Origin: Eledone cirrhosa
Taxonomy: Eukaryota
Length of the DNA stretch: 64,000 nt
Direction: 5' to 3'
NCBI GenBank assembly: GCA_964016885.1
Contig: OZ024741.1
Location: 278,504,001 to 278,568,000 of the forward strand
Program-made: the position numbers and the translations under genes
Shown: one piece after another, positions 1 to 11,584 of the stretch
Numbering within the stretch: the stretch's first letter is position 1
Layout: the number at the start of each line of letters is the position of its first letter
Notes under the pieces: generated by a model
The model's database searches: none
What the model was told of the DNA's origin: nothing
Seen by the model: the letters and a program-made list of their open reading frames with translations, nothing else

Positions 1-185
1 TGTCTCTTCCACAAATTTGGAAGTTCAAAATTATTCATAATCAATTATTCTGAAAATAAATAATGGAAATATAGTCACTGTTTTTATGAGTGACAACGGA
101 AGTAAAAAAATTTGCATAAAATTAGCGGTTGAAAATTGCGAACAAATATCGTCCTCACCCTGTATATATAAATATATATATATAG

Positions 186-476
186 ACAATATGCCCCCAC
201 ACCCTCCCACTGCAAAGTGGTCGTGGAGGATCCACGGCAAAAAAGCACCCAGCCCACACTGTAAAGTGGACGTGTAGGCGCAATGGAAAAAAGCACCCAG
301 CACTCACTGTAAATGAGGTTGGTGTTAGGAAGCATGCAGCTATAGAAATCAAGCCAGAATCAGTTCCCGTATGAGCAAGACAAGGTCAGCCGACCGGACA
401 CTGCCCACAACAGGACAACCCGTCTAACCCATGCTAGCGTGGAAGAACGGACGTAAAATGGTGATGATGATGATGA

Positions 477-480
<4 letters not shown>
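186..480 (+). mobile_element. RTE LINE 3' UTR-only copy (or derived SINE-like unit) with (GAT)n tail
   Basis: Near-identical to the 3' UTR of the RTE at 53385-53685. Ends aacccatgctagcgtggaagaacggacgtaaaa(tga)n followed by (TA)n. Confidence 0.8.
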
Positions 481-536
<56 letters not shown>

Positions 537-980
537 GTATATATAATATATGTATATGTAATATATATATATATATAATATATGTATATGTAATATATAT
601 ATATATGTAATATATATATAAGTCCCACCCTTGCAAGCAGGGAAGAGAGGACGTAAAGTGATGAAAAATGTGTGTATATATATATGTGTATATATATATA
701 TGTATTTATAATATATATATATATAGATAGAGAGAGAGAGATATGTTTATCCCGGGCTCAATTGGGGGTAACCACAGTAAGTAAGGTACTCAATACATAG
801 CAGAGTATCAATGTTTAATATAGAAATGGTTTCTCCTGACAAGGGCTAATGCCCAATATTTTGTTGACACTTTTTTTTTCAATTTCTTACTAATAATACT
901 TTTTGGTATTGTACTCTGTGTTTGTTTTTCACTTTTGACCTAGCCCTATCTATCTCTCTCTCTCTCCCTCTCTCTCTCTC

Positions 981-1009
<29 letters not shown>

Positions 1010-1011
<2 letters not shown>

Positions 1012-2175
1012 CATCATCACCGTTTTACGTTCATTCTTCCACGCTAGCAGAGGTTAGATGGGTTGTCCTGTTGTGGGCAATGCCAGGTCATGTGACCATG
1101 TCTTGCTCATACAGAACTGATTTTGGCTTGATTTCTACAGCTGGATGCCCTTCCTAACACCAACCTTATTTACAATGAGTACTGGGTGCTTTTTACCATG
1201 GTGCCTACATGACCCACCTTACAGTGTGGATTGGGTGCTTTTTTGTCGTGACACCTACATGACCACTTTACTATGGGAGGAGATGGAGGCATACTGTCTA
1301 TATGCTTCAGTTTTGGCTTGTACCCATGGGAAGTCGGGTCTTCTGTATTACTGCGTAACGCTAGAGGTCTCGGTCCTATGTCATTGCCGTTGAGAGGTGC
1401 AATTGGGCAAGATCAGCTTTTATCACCTCATCCCAGGTCTTCTTGGGTCTCCCCACTCCAAAGCCTCCATCGACTTTTAGTGCTCTGCACCTTTTTATGC
1501 AGCTGTCATCCTTCATGCGCATCACATGTCCATACCAATGCAACCTCCTCTCCTGCATACAGCATTTGATTCCTCTTATGCTTAGTCTCTCTCAATTTGT
1601 TTATGCTTTGCCATTCATGAATATTACTATTACACATCCATCGGAGCATGCAAGCTTCATTTCTTTCCAATCTACACAAGTCTTCTACACACAGTGCCCA
1701 GGTCTCACTACCATGTAATATTGCTGTTCATATGCACGCATCATACAGTCTGCCTTTCATTTTGAGGGAAAAGCCTTTTGCAACTAACAGTGATAGTAGC
1801 TCATAGAACTTCTTCCATCCTGTTATTACCCTAGTTATTGTACTTTCATAACACCCACCTCTGCTACTAATTTGGTTTCCTAGGTAGCAGAAGCTGTCTA
1901 CTGTTTCTACAGAGCCCTCCCAAAGTTTGGTAGTGCATGTTTCCTGTCGTCATTTGCTGCTTACTGTCTCAGTGCAGCTGCTACATGTGATGCCTACAAT
2001 TCTTAACTAAACTTCCTGAGATCCCACTACATCTCTTGTGTACCCATAGTTTGCATTTTGGGCAGAGGATGGAATTTCTACATACACCTTTCCTACATAC
2101 TGAGTAAGGCCATTTTCCTGAGGGGATATGTGTTCTGTTTTCTCTTCTACTTACGAGGATCTTAGTCTTTATGTG
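1010..2175 (-). mobile_element. Decayed 5'-truncated RTE LINE
   Basis: Fragmented ORFs SGKWPYSVCRKGVCRNSILCPKCKLWVHKRC and ERRLHWYGHVMRM...GRPKKTW, plus 3' UTR and (GAT)n tail. Confidence 0.88.
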
Positions 2176-2812
2176 TATGAAAACAAGTTTTTCATATTTC
2201 ACTTTATTAGATAATCTGCAGTTATACAGGTTTTTGTATTGTCTGCAGTTATTACATAATGGTAATTAGGCAGAGATGCCTTCCTCTGACAGCACCACCA
2301 CCACCACCATTGCCACCCCCCTCATTACCATCACGACCACCCTCTCTCATAATTACCACAACCACAATTATCCCCATCACAACCTCAATTTCCACCACCA
2401 CAACTACAATCACCACTAACATTACCATCAGCCCCTGGGCAATACCAAGTACCACTACTAGTTATCTAGTAGTATGTTCTTCCTTTTATTTGAAGAGGTT
2501 TTGTCTGCTATTTGTGGCAGATCGAACAAACAGCAAACATGTAAAGGTCTCCTCATTGGGTTGTGTATAATTCTGTATATAATTATAATAAGTCAGTATC
2601 GTGACACACTTCAATGTTAACATCACATTCCACAGCATGATCTATTCCTTTTTTATGGAAAATTTGCTAAAATTTCGTTTTCTTTTTAAACCAAAAAAAC
2701 TGTTATTTTACATGTATATATGTTTGTTTGTGTGTTCACATCATCAGTACACCCTTCCACAGACACATGTATGCACACACACACATACATACAAGTACAC
2801 ATGTACACATAG

Positions 2813-2873
<61 letters not shown>

Positions 2874-3081
2874 TTTTCACATATATATGCACGTGTGTAT
2901 ATGTAGGTGTATATGTACCTATGTACATATGATTGTGTAAACACACACACACACACACACACATACATATGTGTGTGTGTGTATCTTTTAGTCTTTCTTA
3001 AGGATTTTAATTAGAGAATTGTAGTAATAAAAAAACACCAAGTTCAGTTCTTAATTATATCTAACTATTTGTTAAAATTAG

Positions 3082-3263
3082 ATTGTGATGGAAGAATTTC
3101 TGGAGGACATAAATAATATATTGAACTCTGGAGAAGTTCCAAATCTTTTGGAAGCAGAAGATAATGAAAAACTAATCAATGCCTGTCGACCTGCTGCCAA
3201 AGATATTGGTATTCCAGAACAAAACAGGGATTTAGTACTTCACTTTGCTATTAATCTTGTCCG
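3082..3263 (+). CDS. DNAH6: Axonemal dynein heavy chain exon A (end of AAA4 module)
   Basis: ttag|ATT acceptor, CG|gtaag donor. Encodes IVMEEFLEDINNILNSGEVPNLLEAEDNEKLINACRPAAKDIGIPEQNRDLVLHFAINLVR, matching the dynein FLEDINNILNSGEVPNL motif. Paralog assignment is from recalled similarity to vertebrate DNAH6. Confidence 0.9.
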
Positions 3264-3499
3264 GTAAGATTTCCTTTAATAATATATATATATATATTTT
3301 TTTTTATGACCATGCTGTAAAATGGAGGGGTAGAGAGGGCTCTTGAGTCTAGTAAGACATCCTCTCTAGTGCTGGTGGCACAAATAAAAGCACCCAGTCC
3401 ATGCTGTAAAGTGGCGCTGGTGTTAGGAAGGGCATCCAACCAGTGTATCAATGCCAAAACACTTATCAGCACAGCAACAAATAGGAACAACAACAAAAT

Positions 3500-4798
3500 A
3501 TGAAGACGTCGCATCTCAGAGTTACAACACTTAATGTTGGCACTCTCAGAGGTAGATCTGCTGAAATAGTGGAGATGCTGGAGAGAAGGCATGTGGATGT
3601 GTGCTGCGTGCAAGAGGTGAGATGGAGAGATGCCTCGGCGAGACTAGTTGTAGGCAAAAATCTTAGCTATAAGCTTTTCTGGGTAGGTAAGGATGATGGG
3701 TTAGGGGGAGTAGGCATTTTCCTGGCTGAGAAATGGATCAATAAGACAATAGAGGTAGTTCGAGTTAGTAATCGAATAATTAAGCTTAGATTAGTTGTAG
3801 GCAGAAGACTACTGACAATCATCTCTGCCTATGCTCCCCAAGCAGGCCTAGGCAAAGATGAGAAAGACTGCTTTTACGAGCAACTTTTACAAACAACTGC
3901 AATGACAGAGGACGGAGACATCGTTATGCTAGCAGGGGACTTCAATGGTCATGTTGGACAGCTTCAGAATGGTTACACTGGGGTACATGGTGGGCACGGT
4001 TACGGCTCAAGAAATGAAGAAGGAGTGAGACTTCTTGAATTTTGTGATGCAAGTACACTGACTATTTGCAACACAAACTTCCAGAAACCTGCCAATCACC
4101 TAATAACCTACAAATCTGGCAAGCACATAAGCCAGATTGACTTCTTACTAGTTAGGCAGCGGGACAGGCAGATAGTGTCTAATACCAAGGCATACCCTGA
4201 GGAAGAATGTACCCCACAGCATAGGTTAGTCGTTAGTGATATCTCAGTAAGCAAGAGATGGAATGAGACATACAGGAAGGTGTGGAGAAGAAAGGTCTGG
4301 AAGCTAAAAGACCTTTCACTAAAATACAAATTTAGGAAAGCCCTTCAAGATGTATATGACGAAAAAGAAGACGATTTAGAGACGTATGACATAGATAATA
4401 ACTGGAATTTCTTACGTGACAACTTGCTGCAGGCTACTGATGAAACTTGTGGCTGGAGCAGAGCTCCAACTAGAGAGAGAGTGATCTGGTGGTGGAACAG
4501 CACAGTAGATAAGGCCATTAGTGACAAAAGACTAGCATGGAAGGCTTGGAAAAAGAGTGGGAGTAGGGAAGAATATAGAGCCGCTAAGAGAGAAGCTAGA
4601 CGTCAGGTGTACTTAGCACGCAGGGAGGCTGAGAGTAGAAGGTTTGCCAATGTTCTGCGATGGGAAAATCAGAGGCGTGCAGTATTCCACATTGCAAGGC
4701 AGTGTGTCAGTGCAAATCAGGATGTTGTTGGAGATAAATGTGTTCGGGATGATGCCGGTGTACTTAGTGTCATGAATAATCAGAAAAAGGAGGCCTGA
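3500..4798 (+). mobile_element. RTE LINE 5' part with open apurinic-endonuclease domain, 3'-truncated
   Basis: 432-aa ORF with APE motifs TLNVGTL, VQEVRW, SAYAPQ, GDFNGHVG, QIDFLL, QHRLV. It stops before the RT domain. Confidence 0.9.
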
Positions 4799-4807
4799 TG
4801 TGACGGT

Positions 4808-5010
4808 GGTGGATTGGCTGTATCAGTAGGACATCAGACAGGATGCTTTATGGCATATAGTTACATTCCTTTATGTTCTGAGTTCAAATCTCACCTTTGC
4901 CTTTCATCTTTATTGGTAAAATAAAGTACCAGTCCCACACGGGGGGCGATTTAATCGACGTTCCCCTCCCCCAAAATTGTTGACTGTATTTAAATCAGAA
5001 ACCATTATTA
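4808..5010 (+). mobile_element. tRNA-like SINE, family 1
   Basis: ggtggattggc...gagttcaaatc (B-box-like)...tttgcctttcatc...aaataaagtaccagt. More than 12 related copies in the window. Confidence 0.7.
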
Positions 5011-5052
5011 AAAGGAATGTATTTCTTTTTTATCTCTTTAATATCTTAACAG

Positions 5053-5239
5053 GAGAAACCTTCATATTGTACTGTGTATGAGTCCAGTTGGAAATGCCTT
5101 TAGGTCCCGATGCCGGATGTTTCCATCATTAGTCAATTGTTGTTCCATTGATTGGTGCACAGAATGGCCTGAAGAAGCTTTATATTCTGTCGCTGCTCTT
5201 TTCTTTCAAGAGGCAGATTCTTCTATACAGAGCCTAAAT
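5053..5239 (+). CDS. DNAH6: Dynein heavy chain exon B
   Basis: aacag|G acceptor, AAT|gtaggt donor. Completes the phase-2 codon of exon A. RNLHIVLCMSPVGNAFRSRCRMFPSLVNCCSIDWCTEWPEEALYSVA is a canonical dynein motif. Confidence 0.92.
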
Positions 5240-5339
5240 GTAGGTCTTATATTTTTTATATTTCATTTGAAACTAAACTTTTGTACACATTTTTCAGCTA
5301 AGTCCTTTATTTATATAAACAGCAACTCCCTTTTTTAAA

Positions 5340-6355
5340 TATATAATAGACTGGAAGTCCATTTTATGTTTAATATACAGGAAGTCCTGGTTTTTATATA
5401 TAATAGACAAGAAGCTCTTCTTTATATGATAGACAGGAAGTCCCTTTATTATATAATATATAGGAAGTCCATTTTATATATAATAGACCGGAAGTCCTTT
5501 TTATGATAGACAAGAAGTCCTTTTTAGTAGAAAGATATATTTTATTTGGTTGGCTGTTGTTGTTGGCAAGTGAGTAAGTGAAGTTGATCTCAGTGAGTTG
5601 AGAGAAGCTATGCCATATTTAAGGAAACAAAAACTGTACTCGTTGTGGTGCGAAGTGATATTACCTTGAGAAAAATGATTTTCCCATATCATGTCATAGT
5701 CACCACTTTAGCAGATGAGATATTTTAGTTGGTTGAAAGATCATCTCAGAAGAAATATTTTTAAGATGTGTGAAGATTCAATGGTGGCAGACATTATCAG
5801 AAGGCTGTTAAAACATAATATAAAGGTTTATTTTCTTCCGTAAATTAATATAAACACAAGAAGATTGAAAAGCTGGTAGCATACTGCATTATTAAGTTGA
5901 ACAATAAAAATGTATTTGAAATAAGGGAAGAATGTTGCTGGACCCTTGCCGAGAGGACCAAAGTTTCTTGTTTAGTGCTACATCTTGCTAGTATCGACTG
6001 GGAATGTAATTAGTTAGGTCTTGTCTCCATGAAATGAAAGCAGCAACTCTTTAGAAGTGAAAAAAAGGTGCAAATTCATTTTCTGGGTGGAAATCACTGC
6101 CTGTTATTTCTATGCCACTGACTTACAGGCCTGGCGACTTTCCAAGCGCAACCCAATTGTTTCGTCATGGTAAGTAGTGCCTTTGCTTACTACACCTTTT
6201 TATGATAGACAGGAAGTCCTTTTTATGTATAATAGATAAGAAGGCGTTTTTTATGAGAGACAGGGAGTCCCTTTATTATATAATATACAGGAAGTTCTTT
6301 TTATGATTGACAGGAAGTTCTTTTTATGATTGACAGGAAGTCCTTTTATATATGA
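5340..6355. repeat. Degenerate ~25-bp minisatellite (atataatagacaggaagtcctttt) in two blocks split by a ~660-bp insert
   Basis: About 7 units at 5340-5530 and about 6 units at 6195-6355. Confidence 0.7.
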
Positions 6356-7044
6356 TATATTTTGTTTTGTAAATTATGAAAATAATGATAATAATAATCC
6401 TTGCCTAAACCACATCCATGACTCAACGTGATTATCAGGCACACTAGATGAACTGGTGTCCACTGCACTGAGGTACAATACACATACATCCTACCATTGG
6501 TTTAATATGAGGGAGACAGTTTCAATATCTTTATGTATATGTTACAAATCTGAGTAGCTGTGATATAATAGCTGTGAGGTGAATTATAATAGAAACAATT
6601 GTTATGCAATAAATATAAATTGTATTGATCTCTTTGCATCCTGTTTTATTTGTGTATACAGACATATATTTATTTATACACACACACCCATGAACACACA
6701 CACACATGCACACACATATATAAATAAATTTCTCCTCTGACTCATTCTTCCTGCCTAGTTATTCCTGTTTTTCCTAGTACCATACTTACTTATTATATAT
6801 ATATATATCACATTATGTGAAGAGAAAATAGACGAAAAATACCTATCTTTTTCTCCAAAGTCTTGACTGCAGTTTCACCAATTGGTTTGTAGCTGTAATG
6901 TAATGAAAGTGCACCAGGGTTGTGAGGCTACTAGCTTCTCTAGAAACCCCTCAAGTGGAAGGACTGATTTTTGAACTGACTGCTATAAGTGAAAAATTCT
7001 CAGTAGGGAGAATTATCACATAGAGACACATACACACACACACA

Positions 7045-7100
<56 letters not shown>

Positions 7101-7619
7101 ACACATACATATGACAGGTTTTACTATTTAAAATCAATAGATAGATAATGAATTATCAGTTGGAGCAGTAAGTGAATTTGAAAATCATTTATTTATACCT
7201 TTGAATAATAAACATTTCTTGATACCACTTCACTTGAGACAGATGATGGGAACCAGACATTTCAGTACCACATGCCTACCACTTAAACGGTTGTATTAGT
7301 TTGGTAATTAGGCATGTAGACTTAAGTATCTTGCCCAAGGACACAATCATGTTTAATTCAATATATCAAAAGTATTTACATTAAGGTCAACTGACCAATA
7401 TATATATATATATATATGAAAAAGAAAACTGTTGATTGTGGATGATTTTTTTTAATCATCACTGAATTTTGTTTGTTTTGTTTTGATTTTGTATTATGTA
7501 AACCCATGCAAGCGTGGAAGATGGACGTTAAACGATGATGATGATGTACTGTTTAGAATAAAAACCTGATGACTAATTTAAGGTGCTTAGGTGTGTAGCT
7601 GTTGCTGCTATTGCTGCTG

Positions 7620-7658
<39 letters not shown>

Positions 7659-8967
7659 TAGTCATATTAGTAGTAGTAGTAGCAGCAGTATTAGTAGTAG
7701 TAGTGTTAATAGTATTCTAAAGGAGGAGATTTTACTTTCAATTAAGTCAAGCCCACTTCAGAGTGAGATCATTGATTTCTAAGTGAGACATTACTACTCC
7801 AAAGTGACAATTGAGATTAGCACAAGATGTTTTTAACTGAAAACAGTACATCAAGATATCATAACATCCTTTGTACAGTGAACAATGTGAACTTATCTGG
7901 TTAATTATAAGTTTATATCTGCCAAGAAACAATGCAAAATCTTGTCATATTCTTGTCATATCTTCTAGTGATTTGTGGGTTAACTACAGTAATGGCATTC
8001 AGTGTGATGTTTTTGAGAATATTATCTCAGTAGGTAGCTTTTTTATAACACTTCTGTATAAATGTGGACTGGAACAATGTGAAGTAAAATATCTTGCTGA
8101 AGGACACACTGGGGATTGAACTCATAACCCTACAATTGTGAGCTGAATATTCTAAACCTTAAGCTGTATGCCTCTATACACGTGTGTGTATGTATGTATG
8201 TATGTATGTATATGCTGTTCTCTTTTGAATAGCGAACAGCCTCTTCTCTCACCGACCACAGCTTGTTCCTCTATTCTAGCATTTGAGCAACAGAAATTTA
8301 ATTTCTGTTGCGCAGGCAAGACTTCCAGACATAGTCCTTCCTTTCTGCAAGAAACTATGTATAGTCTTGTAGGAGGCTCATAATTCAGATGATGCTAAAG
8401 TTTATTTTTCTTTTTAGTTTACTCTCTCCATCTTTCTATCCATCTCTTTGTTTTTCTCCATAAGTCCTGCTCCATCATTTTCGTCCCCACTTTTCTCCCC
8501 TCCCCCTTCCCTTCTCTCTCTCTATATCTCTCTCATTTCTCATCTCATACTTTAGACTCTCTTGCCCCCCCCCCCCCCAAGAAAAACAATTTACTTTACT
8601 CTACATATAGTATCCAGCTGATTACGGCTACCCTTTGTGCTGAGAATATTACAATTTTACGAATATACATATATACTCATTGCTTCAAACCTTTTCAATT
8701 AATAGATGTTGGTATCACAAATCATTCAGCCCACACTGTAAAGTGGTTGTGTAGGTGTTACAAAATAAAGCACCCAGCACACACTGTAAATGTGGTTGGT
8801 ATTAGGAAGGGCATCCAGCCATAGAAAACCGGCCAGAAATAGTCCTATATGAACGAGACACGGTCACCCGACCCAACTTGCCTCAAATGGGACAAATCCA
8901 TCTAACCCAGGCCAGCGTGGAAGATAAACGTTAAATAATGATGATGATGATGATATATATATATATA

Positions 8968-9121
8968 TGTTTATCCCGTGTTCAATCGGGAGTAACCACA
9001 TAGCAGAGTATAAATAGTTAATATAGAAATGGCTTCTGTAGGACTAGAACTGTTTCATTCGGAGGAAATCATCTTGATGATTCCCTCTGAATGAAACAGT
9101 TCTAGTCTTGTAGAAGCCATT

Positions 9122-9130
<9 letters not shown>
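8968..9130 (-). mobile_element. Penelope-type fold-back remnant with partial hammerhead (family F)
   Basis: 55-bp inverted arms 9019-9073 / 9076-9130 carrying TGATGA-TTCCCTCTGAAT-GAAAC-AGTTCTA-GTC. Unpaired tail 8968-9018, (TA)n on both sides. Relatives at 745-834, 38951-39000 and 48299-48490. Confidence 0.65.
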
Positions 9131-9167
<37 letters not shown>

Positions 9168-9309
9168 ACATACAGAGAGAGAGAGAGTATGTGGTGCTGA
9201 GACTGGAGAGACCACAAATCAGGGGAGTACTCGATGCATGGGAAGATGCACAAGCAGAAACTGCTTAGTGTCACGGTCGGGTTTATACTTCCCCCCCCTC
9301 TCTCTCTCT

Positions 9310-9359
<50 letters not shown>

Positions 9360-9418
9360 ATGTATGTATTTTGTATGTTGTGTTGAGATTAATCATAGTT
9401 CTATTTTATTAAACAAAG

Positions 9419-9573
9419 GATAAACTTGCCTCCGTTTGTGTGACAATGCATATTTCTACAAGGGAAATGTCTGAAAACTTCTATAATGCCCTAAAACGCC
9501 GCTATTATATCACACCAACCAGCTACTTGGAGCTTATTAATCTCTACCAAACAATGCTGACAACCAAAAGCAG
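9419..9573 (+). CDS. DNAH6: Dynein heavy chain exon C (not in ORF track)
   Basis: aaag|GAT acceptor, AG|gtaagt donor. DKLASVCVTMHISTREMSENFYNALKRRYYITPTSYLELINLYQTMLTTKS contains the RRYYxTPTSYLELI motif. Confidence 0.92.
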
Positions 9574-11044
9574 GTAAGTTTTACAAAGAGATTTTTCACA
9601 TTTTCTATTATTTCAGTAAGAATGTTGGATTGAACACTCCACGATATTCATCCCCTGTCTCTCTTATTCTTAAAACCTCTCTCCCACTAACTCTCTATCT
9701 CTGGAAATCTGCTGTAGTCAACTTTACTTTCCATCTTTACAAGGTCAATAAATAAAGTACCAGTCAAGTACTGGGCTGATTCTTCCTCTATATCTCTTTC
9801 TCACTTCTGCTCTATCCCTCTTTCAACTTCTTTAGAAGAAATCAACTGAAAGGGAGGAGCTCTGCCAGGTTTAACACACCCAAGAGACACTGTGTATCAC
9901 TACAGTGCTCTTACAACTGAATCATGAGTTAAAAGCCCATGCAGGCATGTCTAGTGATATTAGGGATACACCAAACATGTAAAACCAATTAAGAAAACCA
10001 AAACAGGATCCATCAATAACAAGAAGAACTGTGTAAATAAATATCCTAATTTTTATTTATCCTACATAAAATTAATGTAAAATAATGATGTAGAGAAACA
10101 CTAACATACATATTCTGTCTAATATTAATTACTGAGAATATAAATTAATATACTTCATCCATATTTATATGTAAATGTATATGTAACCAAATTATAAATA
10201 CCTTGTTAGAGCATAATTATTTGTATCAATGCTTGCTTTAGCCATGGCAAATTTCTTTGGCTGGAAGCTCTTCTTGATGCCAACCCATACTTCTCAGTAT
10301 GGTAGAGACTCCTCAACTTAATAGTTCTGGAGACTAAGACATAAACAAACACACATACATTCAAACGACAGGTTTTCACAGTTCCCATCTACCAAATTCC
10401 CTCACAAGGTCTGCCTGAGGTCATAGCAGAAAACATTTGCCACACAGCAGGATAAAAACTGTTCATGGCATTAGCCATCCCAAGGCTATAGCAGAAGACA
10501 CTTGCCGAAGGTGCCACACAGTGGGACTGAACCCAGAACTATATGCTTTAGAAGCAAACTCCTAAACCACACACCTCCCTGACTGCATGCCTGCACTGTT
10601 CCATAACTATGCCTACACTTTTATAAATTCCTTGTTTCTTTGAATACCTTTCCCATACACTACTAAGTGGTCAATAAAGGAAAGATTTCTCTTTATAAAT
10701 TGTAAAGTCAATTCTTTTGTTTTGCTTTTAACTAAAAATGTCTGGTGCTTATATTATTGACTTTGGCAGAATGAAAGAGAAGACACACTAAAATTTGTGA
10801 ACATGAATCATAGATAAATGGAATTGAACAATACAAAATGTTTGTAATCAGGATTCTAGTGTTTATGCCAACTCACTTCCCTTATAAACTTACATGATGT
10901 GTCTGCTTGTGTGAGTTTGTGTGCATGTATGTACGTATGCATGCATGCATGTATGTGTGCATATATATGTATGTGTGCATTTATGTTTGTGTGCATGTAT
11001 ATGTGCATGTATGTGGGAATTTTATGTTTGTGTGCATGTATGTA

Positions 11045-11523
11045 TTCATCTGGTTTTATAATTTTATAATTTTTTACCAATAGAGAGTTGGTTTCTAACA
11101 TAGATACAAGACTCTTTCATCCGAATTTAGACATCGACTAAGTAGAGATATACATGCATGTTTGCATGCATGCATATGTGTGTGTGTGTGTGCAGATATG
11201 GATGTTATTGTATGTGTGGATGTGGATTATTTAGTTATATGTGTGCATGTGTATGTTTTGTATCTGTACATGTGTACATGCAGAATTTTTTAGAATGTTT
11301 TACATAGTTTTACTGTTCCATTAATGGATTGTACTTGTAATTTCCTAACTAGTCATGTTCTATGTGGTTCTGTGAAGCCCAGCTTCTCAAGATTTGTACT
11401 GAGGCAGTTACTAACATATCCCAATCCTCCAATAATCACAAGTATAAATCTGAAGGTATAGTCAGACTGGAGCATTTGCAAATTCTTCATTAGTTCTGCA
11501 TAAATATTCTCCTTTTCACTAAT
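11045..11523 (-). mobile_element. R4/Dong-like LINE 3' fragment, copy 1
   Basis: Aligns by eye with the 3' ends at 11585-12040 and 14432-14915. More diverged than those copies. Confidence 0.8.
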
Positions 11524-11584
11524 ATGTCTGTCTGTCTGTCTGTCTGTCTTTCTGTCTTTGTCTGTCTGTCTGTATGTATGTATG

